Origin: a bacterium | GTDB taxonomy: Bacteria; CG2-30-53-67; CG2-30-70-394 | Reading direction: 5' to 3' | DNA length: 62,718 nucleotides | Assembly: GCA_036393335.1 (NCBI GenBank) | Contig: DASWHD010000093.1 | Span: 1-62,718, forward strand | Shown: positions 20,348 through 29,469 of the stretch, in pieces | Position numbering within the stretch: the first letter of the stretch is position 1 | How the letters are laid out: each line of letters begins with the position of its first letter | Notes under the pieces: generated by a model | What the model saw: only the letters and a program-made list of their open reading frames with translations | What the model was told of the DNA's origin: nothing | Databases searched by the model: none | Made by a program: the position numbers and the translations under genes

Positions 20348-20767
20348 ATGAACCGACACCTCCTACGGGCTGCATGCCTTGCGTTCCTCCTCCTCGGTGC
20401 CTGCTCGTCGCCGAGCCCCGAGGGGCCGCCCAACACCGACTTCGGGGGCAAGTGGAGTGGCGCCGCGTACAAGACCGGCAGTGCCAATCCGAGCTTCACC
20501 CTTGATTTGGAGCAGTCCGCCGACGCCGTGAGCGGGACGATCAGCTCCGGGGACGGAACCTTTCAGGCGGTAGCGTTAGAGGACGTGCACATCGAGGAGG
20601 ATGGCGGCCTGATCTTCCGCGCCCGGGCCAACGGCGGCTCACAGTTCAAGGACCACCTCTTTCTGTTCGACGCCCACCGCAAGGGCAACACCCTGGAGGG
20701 CACCTGGACCGACATCCTCCAGGGGGCCCAGGGGCCGTTCACCCTGTACGCCGGCGAGGGGCACTAG
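20348..20767 (+). CDS. Putative lipoprotein, unknown function
   Basis: Signal peptide with lipobox LLGAC. Last gene of the plus-strand run. Its TAG stop is the flank of MITE copy C. Confidence 0.5.
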   Translation: MNRHLLRAACLAFLLLGACSSPSPEGPPNTDFGGKWSGAAYKTGSANPSFTLDLEQSADAVSGTISSGDGTFQAVALEDVHIEEDGGLIFRARANGGSQFKDHLFLFDAHRKGNTLEGTWTDILQGAQGPFTLYAGEGH

Positions 20768-20970
20768 CCCGCATTTCTCACCACGGGTCGTCGCGAGACC
20801 GCGCAAATGGCCGTAGATCCTGGCCGGCCCGCGGTAGGAGCCGATTCTATCGGCGACCCCATGTGGCAGGTCGCCGAAGGGATTCGGCTCCTACCCCGGA
20901 CGAGGACCCGGCCAGGAGATGCGGGCAGTTGCGCGGGCGCAGCAGAGTCGTGGTGAGAAATGCGGGCTAG
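20764..20970. mobile_element. MITE-like palindromic repeat, copy C (207 bp, inverted orientation)
   Basis: CTAG-CCCGCATTTCTCACCA ... TGGTGAGAAATGCGGG-CTAG. The internal sequence is the reverse complement of copies A/B/E. Confidence 0.85.
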
Positions 20971-21222
20971 CCGCCAAGTCGACTCACCCGAGTCGACCCA
21001 CGCGGACAGAGACCAGCCACGTAGGGCGGATGCCCGCAGGGCGATCCGCCACCGTGGAATGACGATGCCGGCGGAACCGCCTGCGGCGTTTCGCCTTGAT
21101 ATGGAGGGGGACGCCACGCGCACCCCTCGCCACCCGGCGCAGGTCCGGGTGGCTTCATCCCCCGTGGAGGGCGGGCTCGTCGCCCGCCATCAGACCGTAG
21201 GTCGCGGGACGCGACCTGCGGT

Positions 21223-22392
21223 CTACGGCGTGTGGCACTTGCGACAGACGCGCTCGTTGGTGCGGTTGAAGGTGGAGTCAAACCCCGGTGGGTGGGGGTT
21301 GATGCCAAGCCCGCCGGCACCCGCATCGGCGTGACAGTTAATGCACACCGGCCGGCTGCCCTCGTGACAGCCGGCGCATTGCACGATGTTGCGGCGGATG
21401 GCGGCGATGCCCGCGGGCGAGGTGTCGTGGAAGCCCCCGGTGACCGACACCAGCGGATGATTACCACCCCACGGGTCCGGCCCTCCTTGCACCCAGCGCA
21501 CGCCAGACCGGCCGTGGCAGTCGGTGCAGGTGTTGACGCGGTGGCAGCCCAGACATTGCTGCACGTCGCGACTGGCATCGATGGGGTGGTGGCTGACGTA
21601 GTCTCCGCGGTGAATGAAGTGACGATCGGTGCGCCGGGGCCACTTGACCTCCGGCTTCACCTGATTGTCCACGCCGTTATGACAGTCGGCACAGAAGTCT
21701 TCCTGGTGGCATTGGGCGCAGGCGGTGGGATCTTGCTGCTCGGAGTGGAGCTGGTGGTTGCGCAGCCAGTCGCCGCGATGGGAGAAGTGGGCGAGCTCGG
21801 GTCTATAGCGCGGATCGCTGAGGTCGGAGTGGCACTTGGCGCAGTGCAGTTGGTCGTAATCCTCCTGATGGCAGGTCATGCACGGCGCCATCGTGGGCAG
21901 CTTCTCATCGTGGACGTGCGCCGCCTTGAGGACCCGGTCGTGGCAGACGTGGCAGTCCTCGTCCACCCGTGGCACGTGATCTTGGTGGGAGAAGATCAGC
22001 GGGTGGTCGTAGCGCACCGGCTTGGGCGGTGCTTCCTTGCGCTTGGCTTCCTCCAGGGTCTCCGCATCTCGGTGACACACCCCGCAATCCTTGTCGGCGA
22101 TCTGCTGCTCATGACACTGCTCGCACACCTCCATGGTCGGCAGGTCGCGGGTGTGCTCGTCGGCGCTGCTCTCGATCCCGCCGTGGCACTCACGGCACGG
22201 GATCTCGTTGTCCACCGCGTGGAGCTTGTGGCTAAAGTTGAAGTGCTCGGGGGGCTGGCGAAAGATGTGCAGGCAGGCGGCGAGGCCGGCGAGCAACGCT
22301 ACCGCGACAAACACTTGCAGGGCACGCACCGTCGGCGAGGAGATCGACATCTCCCGGGCCCCCGGGGGGGAGGTGGTATGTGGGGCGTTCAT
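21223..22392 (-). CDS. 13-haem c-type cytochrome, probable lipoprotein
   Basis: 13 CXXCH motifs. Hydrophobic N-terminus ending in the lipobox-like LAAC. ATG 22392 is preceded by AGGAG. Starts 31 nt after the barrel gene's stop. Confidence 0.85.
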   Translation of the reverse strand: MNAPHTTSPPGAREMSISSPTVRALQVFVAVALLAGLAACLHIFRQPPEHFNFSHKLHAVDNEIPCRECHGGIESSADEHTRDLPTMEVCEQCHEQQIADKDCGVCHRDAETLEEAKRKEAPPKPVRYDHPLIFSHQDHVPRVDEDCHVCHDRVLKAAHVHDEKLPTMAPCMTCHQEDYDQLHCAKCHSDLSDPRYRPELAHFSHRGDWLRNHQLHSEQQDPTACAQCHQEDFCADCHNGVDNQVKPEVKWPRRTDRHFIHRGDYVSHHPIDASRDVQQCLGCHRVNTCTDCHGRSGVRWVQGGPDPWGGNHPLVSVTGGFHDTSPAGIAAIRRNIVQCAGCHEGSRPVCINCHADAGAGGLGINPHPPGFDSTFNRTNERVCRKCHTP

Positions 22393-22423
22393 CTCCGTGA
22401 CTCCTGTGACCGGGAGGGGGGGG

Positions 22424-23746
22424 CTAGAAGTTGTACACCAGCTTGACGGTGGCATCGACGTCTTGGCGGAAGCCGAGATCCGACTCCCGCGTGCTCGGTA
22501 CCCGGATCTCGCTGCCGCCGGCGGTAACCGTGGTGTAGTCCCGATAGTCGGGGCGCGTGCCGTAGTCGAGGCTGCCGGTGAGCTGCCAGTGATCGCCGAT
22601 GTCCGCCCCTAGGGTGGCCGTCGTGCTGTACGTGTAGTGCTGACGGTCCCCGGGGAAGATCGGGTCGTCGAAGTGGTAGAGGATGAAGTCGAGGCCGTAG
22701 AACAGCCTGGTGAGGTCCGAGCGGCTGGTGACCCATGGGTTATCGAAGGTGTAGCGCCCGTAGAGGTGGGTCCGCTTCGACTCCGGCCAATTCTCGAAGG
22801 CGGCGCCGACCTCGTTGCGCAACCCCTTGCCCCACCGGTAGTGGCCCTCGGCCCCTTCGGTCCAGTCGTCGTCGCCGTCGCTGTAGTCGTAGCGGCGCGC
22901 GTCGGCGGACAGGGTCCAGTGTCTGTCGACCCGGTAGTCGGCGCGCAGGCCGAGCTCCCGCTGCTTGTCGTCGGAGAAGATCAGATTACCGAAGATCGAC
23001 GTGTGGCTCAGGAAGAGGTTGGGGATCACCTGACCGTAGTCGGCCGAGAACAGCAGTTTGGCGGTCGCCTCCCAGGTAAGGAGGAACTGGTAGTCGAACC
23101 ACTCCTCCGAGATACGGTCCCAGAAGCCGTGGGCGTTGACCGCGACCTTGTCGATGACCTGGGCCCAGCCGTCCAGCCCGAGGCGTGCGAAGCCGGTCTG
23201 ATCGTCGTCCCGCGTCTCCATCGCGGAGGCGCCCACCTCGAAGCGCGGCTGGCGGGTGTAGAGCCGGCCGCCCCACTCCAGGTCCCCGGACCGGCCCCCG
23301 ATGTCGTCATTCACCTGCCGGCCGGCATACGCCTGGAAGCCGATGCGGTACTGGCTCAGCCAGTCACCATACACGCCGTCGAGGTACTCGCTGGCGACGC
23401 CGGCGCGGACGAATTGCCGCCCCGCGCGCACGAAGAGGTTCCGCTCCCGGTCCCGCCACTGGAGGTAGGCGTAGGTCAGCTCCCCGTCGACGTTGTGGTC
23501 GTAGGTCTGGTCACGCAGGTCGACCTTGCCGAAGCCGTCGAGATGAAAGCTCAGCGCTTCATTTCCCAGGTCGTAGGCATTCAGCGAGACAAACTGGAAG
23601 AGTGGGATCTGCTCCGTGTTGCCGTCGACGTCGAACCGCTCCTGGGTGTAGGCCAGGGTGGTAAGCCGCCCCCGTAGCTCGGCGGAGTGGGCCGAGCCGC
23701 CGATGAGGACCGCGCAGCAAGCCACGACCAAGGCACGCGTCGCCAT
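22424..23746 (-). CDS. Outer-membrane beta-barrel (porin-like) protein, 440 aa
   Basis: Cleavable signal (MATRALVVACCAVLIGGSAHSA). Alternating hydrophobic/aromatic strand pattern rich in Y, G, D and R. C-terminal ...VKLVYNF ending in Phe. No CXXCH motif. Confidence 0.65.
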   Translation of the reverse strand: MATRALVVACCAVLIGGSAHSAELRGRLTTLAYTQERFDVDGNTEQIPLFQFVSLNAYDLGNEALSFHLDGFGKVDLRDQTYDHNVDGELTYAYLQWRDRERNLFVRAGRQFVRAGVASEYLDGVYGDWLSQYRIGFQAYAGRQVNDDIGGRSGDLEWGGRLYTRQPRFEVGASAMETRDDDQTGFARLGLDGWAQVIDKVAVNAHGFWDRISEEWFDYQFLLTWEATAKLLFSADYGQVIPNLFLSHTSIFGNLIFSDDKQRELGLRADYRVDRHWTLSADARRYDYSDGDDDWTEGAEGHYRWGKGLRNEVGAAFENWPESKRTHLYGRYTFDNPWVTSRSDLTRLFYGLDFILYHFDDPIFPGDRQHYTYSTTATLGADIGDHWQLTGSLDYGTRPDYRDYTTVTAGGSEIRVPSTRESDLGFRQDVDATVKLVYNF

Positions 23747-24080
23747 GGGGAACTCCTTGAGGGATGGGGTCGGTTAACGTGGGACGGAGCGGTGGCTGGG
23801 GACACCGAGGTAGGAAACTTCGCACCTCCCAAAGCGAAGGCCGCTCCGCCAACCTGGAGCAATAGCCCACGACAATCTCGCGCCACACTTAACCCGATCC
23901 TCAGTGGCGAGGTCAAGGTCGTGACCGTACTTCGGAGCTCGGCCCCCCTGCGGGCACCTCATCACCGTGAGGCCGCCGATGGCACTGGGCCGGCAACACT
24001 GGACGCCGGCCGCAACGACGTGGCTATAAGGCGCGACAACTCTCCCCAAGCGGTATTCCCGTGCCAGGACCGGGGAGGTT

Positions 24081-25031
24081 CTACTGCGCCAGTGAGACCT
24101 TCAGGTGGGGTAGGTAGAAGGGCTCGGGTGAGAGCGGCTCGTGACAGTTGCCGCAGGTCTCCTCGATCTCCGCAACGGTGAACCGCCAGTGGTGGGCCCT
24201 GTGGCAGTCAGTGCAATTTCCCACCGCATCCAGGTGGAGGGCATGGACCTCGTGCTCGCCGATCGGCTTGTGGCAGCCCAGACAAACCTCCGGCTTGGGC
24301 TTGGTGAGTTCCGGATCGTGCGGCTTGTGACAGACCGTGCATTGCAGGTGCATCAACTCTTGTTGTTCGTCCGGGTCTGGCCCGAACTGCTGGTGGCAGG
24401 CGAGGCAGGTGCGGCGGTCCGGTTTGATGTCGCGGGTCTTGTCCGTGTGGCAGCTCAGACAGCGCACCACCGGCTCACCCGCGACGCTGCCGTGTAGATA
24501 GTCGACCTGCCCTTCGTGGCAATTCAGGCACAGGTCCATGGCCGGTGGAAATACATGGAGGCTCTGGCCGGCGTGGCACTGGGCACACTCGATCTCCTGG
24601 ACATACACGTGCAACGCGTGCCCCATGGATTGGTTGATCTTCGGGGCGTTGGGGTAGTCGGGATTCTTGCGCCAGTGGCACTTGACGCAGTACTCGAAGG
24701 GTACATTCACCGTCCCCTTGGTCTTTACGTAGGGATCGGTGACCTTCTCCGGTGCGAGGAAGATGGTCTGGAGCAGCATCTTGTTTTTTGCGGCGGTGGT
24801 GGCGTGGTGGCACTCGTGGCAGTTGATCCCCCGGTGCACGCTCTGCTTCCACGCCTCGAATGCACTCTCCATCACGTGGCACTGATTGCAGAAGGTCGGA
24901 TCGTTCTCCATGTAGTCCTGCGCGAAGTAGTTGGCCGTGAGACCCACCCCACCCGAGGCGAGCAAGATGACCACCAGGAGCAGCGGGCGGCGGGCGAGAA
25001 ACAGCCACGCATACCGCACGAATCTCAGCAT
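24081..25031 (-). CDS. Membrane-anchored undecahaem c-type cytochrome with a NapC/NirT-like N-terminus
   Basis: 11 CXXCH motifs. N-terminal TM helix followed by FCNQCH...SVH...CHECH. Confidence 0.85.
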   Translation of the reverse strand: MLRFVRYAWLFLARRPLLLVVILLASGGVGLTANYFAQDYMENDPTFCNQCHVMESAFEAWKQSVHRGINCHECHHATTAAKNKMLLQTIFLAPEKVTDPYVKTKGTVNVPFEYCVKCHWRKNPDYPNAPKINQSMGHALHVYVQEIECAQCHAGQSLHVFPPAMDLCLNCHEGQVDYLHGSVAGEPVVRCLSCHTDKTRDIKPDRRTCLACHQQFGPDPDEQQELMHLQCTVCHKPHDPELTKPKPEVCLGCHKPIGEHEVHALHLDAVGNCTDCHRAHHWRFTVAEIEETCGNCHEPLSPEPFYLPHLKVSLAQ

Positions 25032-25270
25032 GGTGCACTACCTCCTGGTGGCGCGGTGATCGGTACGGGATAAGGTGATCCCGCTGGTGTTGCCTTCGGT
25101 AGATAAGGGGACGGCCATGATGCACCCGAGGACCCTCGTCCTTGCGTGTCGGCCCGTGACTGGAGCCGTGACGGTAACGCAAGATTTCATAGTCAGGAAC
25201 GGCGCGATGGGCGCACGCCGTGTATAGCACACAGGATATCCATCCCGAAGCGTGTAGGAATTCCTCCGCG

Positions 25271-25312
25271 GGGAAGAGAAAATGGCCGCCCGGTCATGAT
25301 CGGGCGGCCATT
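25271..25312 (-). terminator. Rho-independent terminator candidate
   Basis: Perfect 12-bp stem AATGGCCGCCCG / CGGGCGGCCATT with an 8-nt loop. On the minus strand it is followed by a U-rich tail (TTTTCTCTT). About 100 nt downstream of the stop at 25415. Confidence 0.5.
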
Positions 25313-25414
25313 GGTATGGCGATGTGTGTCGGGGCCGGTGGTCGCCGGCCGTGCTGGACGGGGATGGGCGAGTCGCCCAACGGTCCGAGCATACGCCAAC
25401 GTCGGACGGCTGGC

Positions 25415-25954
25415 CTATTGCGCGCGACCGCTCAATAGGCTCCCGGCGAGCACCAGCAGCTCTTCGGATGACGATCGCATCTGTATGTCGATCCAGAGAT
25501 CTCCCTCCATGAAGGTGATTTTGCTGCACGGCTCGCCATCGTCGCAGAATCCGCTCTCGACGACCGATTCCCGCCCCTTCAGGTTGACCGACGAAGCCTG
25601 CCTGACGCGCTTGAGGCGGATCTGTGGCCGCTGCTGCAACCGTCGAGACGACGTCTGGGTGATAACCAGCGCGACCTCCTGAGAATCCACGCGATGGAAC
25701 TCCATGACCACCGCAGCAAAGGGTTTGCTCTGCGCCAGCACGCGTGATGGAGGCCACACGAGCGTCTTCGGGAAATAGGCCGGCACGTAGATCTTTGCGA
25801 TCCCGAGCGTTGCCTGAGCCTCGGCGATGCTGGCATAGCGACGGACTGTCCCCGGTTGAAAAGCGCCCGGAAGCCAGTCGATGAGCTTCAGGGCGACGAT
25901 CAGCACAACGGTAAAAAAAAGGAAGGTCGGAAGCGAAATGGCATGCCGGCGCAT
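25415..25954 (-). CDS. Hypothetical membrane-anchored protein (179 aa)
   Basis: N-terminal TM helix. Starts 22 nt downstream of the M56-like peptidase gene. Lies in the lower-GC patch. No family recognised. Confidence 0.5.
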   Translation of the reverse strand: MRRHAISLPTFLFFTVVLIVALKLIDWLPGAFQPGTVRRYASIAEAQATLGIAKIYVPAYFPKTLVWPPSRVLAQSKPFAAVVMEFHRVDSQEVALVITQTSSRRLQQRPQIRLKRVRQASSVNLKGRESVVESGFCDDGEPCSKITFMEGDLWIDIQMRSSSEELLVLAGSLLSGRAQ

Positions 25955-25975
25955 GACACCTCCAAGCAGGCGGTT

Positions 25976-27007
25976 TCACATCACGTAATAGTTGATAGCA
26001 AGGATCACCACCACCACGATGACCCAGACCAATGGCCATTCTCCTTCACGTTCGTTATCGACGTGCCGGAGGCGCCTGATCCTTTCCGCAATGTGTAGCC
26101 TATGGCTGTGTGCTTCGAGTGCCGATCGTAGATCGGAAAGTCGTTCTACGTGAAATGATTCGGGCACTTCGTGCTCCTGAAGGAGCCTCTGTAACGCCAC
26201 GGCGAGGGCCTCGGGCTTCTTGGTCCACGAGACCGCGACATCGTCGCAGATATCCTCCTCCGCATGGACAATCTTGCGAAACTCGATCAGAGTGATCGGA
26301 TTGAAGAACATAAGGACTCGGAGAAGAAATAGCATCACCAGCGCAGAGCTCTGGCTCCTCCTGATATGTGCTAGCTCGTGCGTGATGGCCGCTTGCAGCT
26401 CGTCGTGAGTCAGCAGTGCTTGGATCCCTCGGGATACGTAGATCGTTGCTCCCGATCCCGTCGTGGAAAAGATCAATGGCTCGTCGGCCTCGAGCAGTGC
26501 GATGTGTGGTTTCTCACCAGGTATCCCCTGTAACACATCGCTCATGACGCTGCCTTCCACTGGGGAAATCCGTCGGTATCCGGCCGTGGCCGATCCGAGC
26601 AGGTGGCGCACGATCGGAATCAGCTCCTGGACAAAAAAAATCACTGCCGTGAAGGCCAGCAGTAGGAAAAACAACGCATAGAGTGGGACGCCCTGACAGA
26701 GATCGAGGTATAGCCAGTCGTCGGTATTCAAGAGGGCGTCGAGGCGGGATGACATCGTTCCGCGGTGGGGGTCGATGAGCTGGTAGGCTGGGAAGGCAAG
26801 AACCGGGAGGAGGATCACGAGCGTCCGGAGTCGCTGCTGAACGATGGGCTGGTCGATCCCCCACGCCCGCAGGGCGCTCTCCACCACGATCGCGGCGGTC
26901 AAGGAGTGACACACCGACTGAATCAGGTATCTTCCGGGCAGGGTGAGGAGGAGATCGGAGAGGGACATTTTCTTTTCCGGATTCTCAGGAGGCCGCTGGG
27001 TTGCCAT
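25976..27007 (-). CDS. M56/M48-type (BlaR1-like) membrane zinc metallopeptidase
   Basis: Several TM helices and a HELAH (HEXXH) zinc motif in the BlaR1-like context ...LQAAITHELAHIRR. Confidence 0.72.
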   Translation of the reverse strand: MATQRPPENPEKKMSLSDLLLTLPGRYLIQSVCHSLTAAIVVESALRAWGIDQPIVQQRLRTLVILLPVLAFPAYQLIDPHRGTMSSRLDALLNTDDWLYLDLCQGVPLYALFFLLLAFTAVIFFVQELIPIVRHLLGSATAGYRRISPVEGSVMSDVLQGIPGEKPHIALLEADEPLIFSTTGSGATIYVSRGIQALLTHDELQAAITHELAHIRRSQSSALVMLFLLRVLMFFNPITLIEFRKIVHAEEDICDDVAVSWTKKPEALAVALQRLLQEHEVPESFHVERLSDLRSALEAHSHRLHIAERIRRLRHVDNEREGEWPLVWVIVVVVILAINYYVM

Positions 27008-27096
27008 GCCATGCGCGACCGCGCCGGTGATGTTTCCGCCAGAAATGTCCAGTAAACTCCGACTCGCTCTCCGTGTGCTAAGGGATGTTGTGGCGG

Positions 27097-27216
27097 CTTA
27101 TTAACGGGAGCGGAAAATGTTTGAAGCCTTCATAGAGGGAATTGCTGACAATCTCGCCGCTCCAGTGTCTCTCTTGGCGATGGCGCCATAAAACATTTTC
27201 CGCTCGGGTTAATAAG
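27097..27216. repeat. 26-bp inverted repeat (2 mismatches) flanking 68 bp
   Basis: CTTATTAACGGGAGCGGAAAATGTTT at 27097-27122 and its near reverse complement at 27191-27216. Lies in the divergent region between the peptidase gene and the kinase gene. Confidence 0.7.
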
Positions 27217-27357
27217 AAGAGTACGACGGATATGGAGTTCGGATTCCCGAAACTCGATGATGCCCGTGATGCCTCAATAGTTGTGAACCGAACCATGACC
27301 CACGCTGACGACCTTCGCGGATACCGGAAGACGCGCTAGCAGTCGGGCCGCTAAGCC

Positions 27358-29193
27358 ATGCAAAAACGGATCATGCTCATCGTCGTCATGAGCATGCTTA
27401 TCATATTTGTCGGCCTCGGTGTGGTCAGCTATCTCAGCGTACGCCTCAGTATCAAGAGCTCGTTAGATGCGCGTCTAACCCTCGCAGAAATCATCAGCGA
27501 ATATTTCGATCATGTGGTCGAAAGCAACCTTACCAGGCTCTACGACATGTCGATCACTGGTAAGTTCGATCTGCGAGACAACGACTCGGATCCAGAGTTG
27601 AGCGCTGTTAGAACGGCATACGAGTACTCCATATTCACCGATGGAATCTTTGTGCTCGATCGTCGCGGTACGCTGATTCTCGGCTATCCCTATCGGGAGG
27701 AGCCAGGGCTCAGCTTCCTGAGCATGCCGTACGTGAGCCGGGCCATCGCGGAGGGGAAGCCGGTCATCTCGGACGTCTACACGGAGGAAATGACGCGGAA
27801 AAAGTTGATCTATGCGTTGGTTCCTTTGCGGGACAAGGACGGGGAGACCATCGGACTCGCAGGGGGCGAGATCAGTCCGACCAACTATGCGTTTTCCCGG
27901 GTCATCCAGGCGATACCTCTGCAGCCGTCGCGCCTCATCGAACTGATCGACAGTCACGGCATCGTCATCGCGTCGAGTGATGCCCGCCGGGTCCTTACCC
28001 GCACGGATCACAACGAGTTCCTCGGCAATCTGATCCATCAGAAGAAGAGTATCGTTGGTACGTGCCATCGCTGTCACGAGGAGGAAGCGACGGGAGCGCA
28101 TCGGACGGAAGATACGCTCGCCTTCGCGCCCCTGTCTTTAGCGCCGTGGGGAGTTGCAGTCCGCGAGCGACGGGCGATCGTCTTCGCGCCATCGACCGAC
28201 CTGAAGATGTGGTTCGCCATCCTCGGTCTCATATCGCTGGCCACGGCGTTGTTGCTGTCCATCGGGCTGAGCCGCAGCATCGTACGTCCCGTACGGGAGC
28301 TCGCCTGGGCGACCAAGAGGATCGGGGAGGGCAATCTTTCGCAGCCAGTCGCGGTGGAGAGCACGGACGAACTCGGATCGCTTGCGCGTAGCGTCGACGA
28401 GATGAGGGTCAGACTGGCCGACTCCCTGCAGAGTATCCAGCGCCAGAACTTGGTGCTCGAACAGCGGGTCGCCGAGCGGACACGGGACTTGGCAGCGAGC
28501 CGCGAGAAGCTTTGCCAGTTGCTCAAGAGGGTATTCACGGCGGAGGAAGAGGAGCGAAAGCGGGTCGCCAGGGAGCTCCACGACGACACGAGTCAGGCGC
28601 TGAACGGCATCCTGATGTCACTCGATGCGGTGCGGTTCGCCGTCTCTCCGGACGACCCAGTGCAGGTGCGCCTCGCCACGATCCGGGAACACAGTCTGGC
28701 GACCCTGCAGGGACTCCATCGGTTGATTCGGGACCTTCGTCCGCCGGTGCTCGACGATCTCGGGCTCGAGTCGGCGATCCGCTGGGTTCTGGAGAGCCGC
28801 CTCCGGGACCGGGGTATCGACTACGGCCTGGAGGTGGATGCCAGCTGGCAAGAACACGCGGCCCGCTCGGACCTGGGCCTGGGGCGCGCAGAGCTCGAGG
28901 TACTGCTGTTCCGTGTCATTCAGGAAGCGGTTACCAACATCGTCAAACACGCGCACGCGACGCACGTGCGGGTGACCCTTCGTCTGGAGGGTGCTCTCTG
29001 GGTACTGCGAATCCAGGATGACGGTGTTGGATTTGATACGGATAGCCTGGCCCGCGATGCCGGCGACGGCGCGGACCTGGCCGGTTACGGAATCCTTGGT
29101 ATGCAGGAGCGCGTGGCACTCGTCGATGGCGAGATGACCATCCGATCGGGCCCCGGAGCGGGGACAGAGATCACGGTCGTGGTGCCGGTTTAG
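27358..29193 (+). CDS. Sensor histidine kinase (periplasmic Cache-like domain with a CXXCH motif, HAMP, HisKA_3, HATPase)
   Basis: Two TM helices bracket a domain of about 255 aa that contains CHRCH (nt 28063-28077). H-box ELHDDTSQAL is typical of NarX/DegS-type HisKA_3 kinases. C-terminal ATPase boxes are present. Confidence 0.85.
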   Translation: MQKRIMLIVVMSMLIIFVGLGVVSYLSVRLSIKSSLDARLTLAEIISEYFDHVVESNLTRLYDMSITGKFDLRDNDSDPELSAVRTAYEYSIFTDGIFVLDRRGTLILGYPYREEPGLSFLSMPYVSRAIAEGKPVISDVYTEEMTRKKLIYALVPLRDKDGETIGLAGGEISPTNYAFSRVIQAIPLQPSRLIELIDSHGIVIASSDARRVLTRTDHNEFLGNLIHQKKSIVGTCHRCHEEEATGAHRTEDTLAFAPLSLAPWGVAVRERRAIVFAPSTDLKMWFAILGLISLATALLLSIGLSRSIVRPVRELAWATKRIGEGNLSQPVAVESTDELGSLARSVDEMRVRLADSLQSIQRQNLVLEQRVAERTRDLAASREKLCQLLKRVFTAEEEERKRVARELHDDTSQALNGILMSLDAVRFAVSPDDPVQVRLATIREHSLATLQGLHRLIRDLRPPVLDDLGLESAIRWVLESRLRDRGIDYGLEVDASWQEHAARSDLGLGRAELEVLLFRVIQEAVTNIVKHAHATHVRVTLRLEGALWVLRIQDDGVGFDTDSLARDAGDGADLAGYGILGMQERVALVDGEMTIRSGPGAGTEITVVVPV

Positions 29194-29469
29194 CCCGAAT
29201 CGATTCCCGTCCCTCGGCTGCGCTCGCGCCATCGGCGCACGTCTGATGGACCTGTCCTCGACGCGGGCCAGCAGCGAGAGGCCGGGGACGAGGAGTGACC
29301 GTCAGCCCGTGGGCTGGTCTCTGCAGCGCTTCCTTACCATGGCGCGACCCGTCCCTCTCCCCTGCCCAGTGTGCCTGCGGGCATGGCCTTACGAGCCGGC
29401 CATGGCGGCCGGCTGGTGCTCACGGCGAGTCGCGGTCACGATGCGGGCGACTGTGAAGCGGGAGCCGCA

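Noticed and set aside
22424-23746. The barrel protein as a Cyc2-type fused cytochrome-porin.
   Set aside because: There is no CXXCH motif anywhere in the 440-aa sequence.
25038-26039. 333-aa minus-strand ORF spanning the region upstream of the 11-haem gene.
   Set aside because: It overlaps the better-supported 179-aa membrane protein gene and a terminator hairpin in another frame. It is Arg/Pro/Gly-rich with no motifs.
27078-27296. 72-aa ORF upstream of the BlaR1-like peptidase as a BlaI/MecI-family repressor gene.
   Set aside because: It shows only a faint resemblance over about 25 residues, has roughly half the expected length, and is interrupted by an inverted repeat. It is reported as a possible decayed remnant in the findings rather than as a feature.
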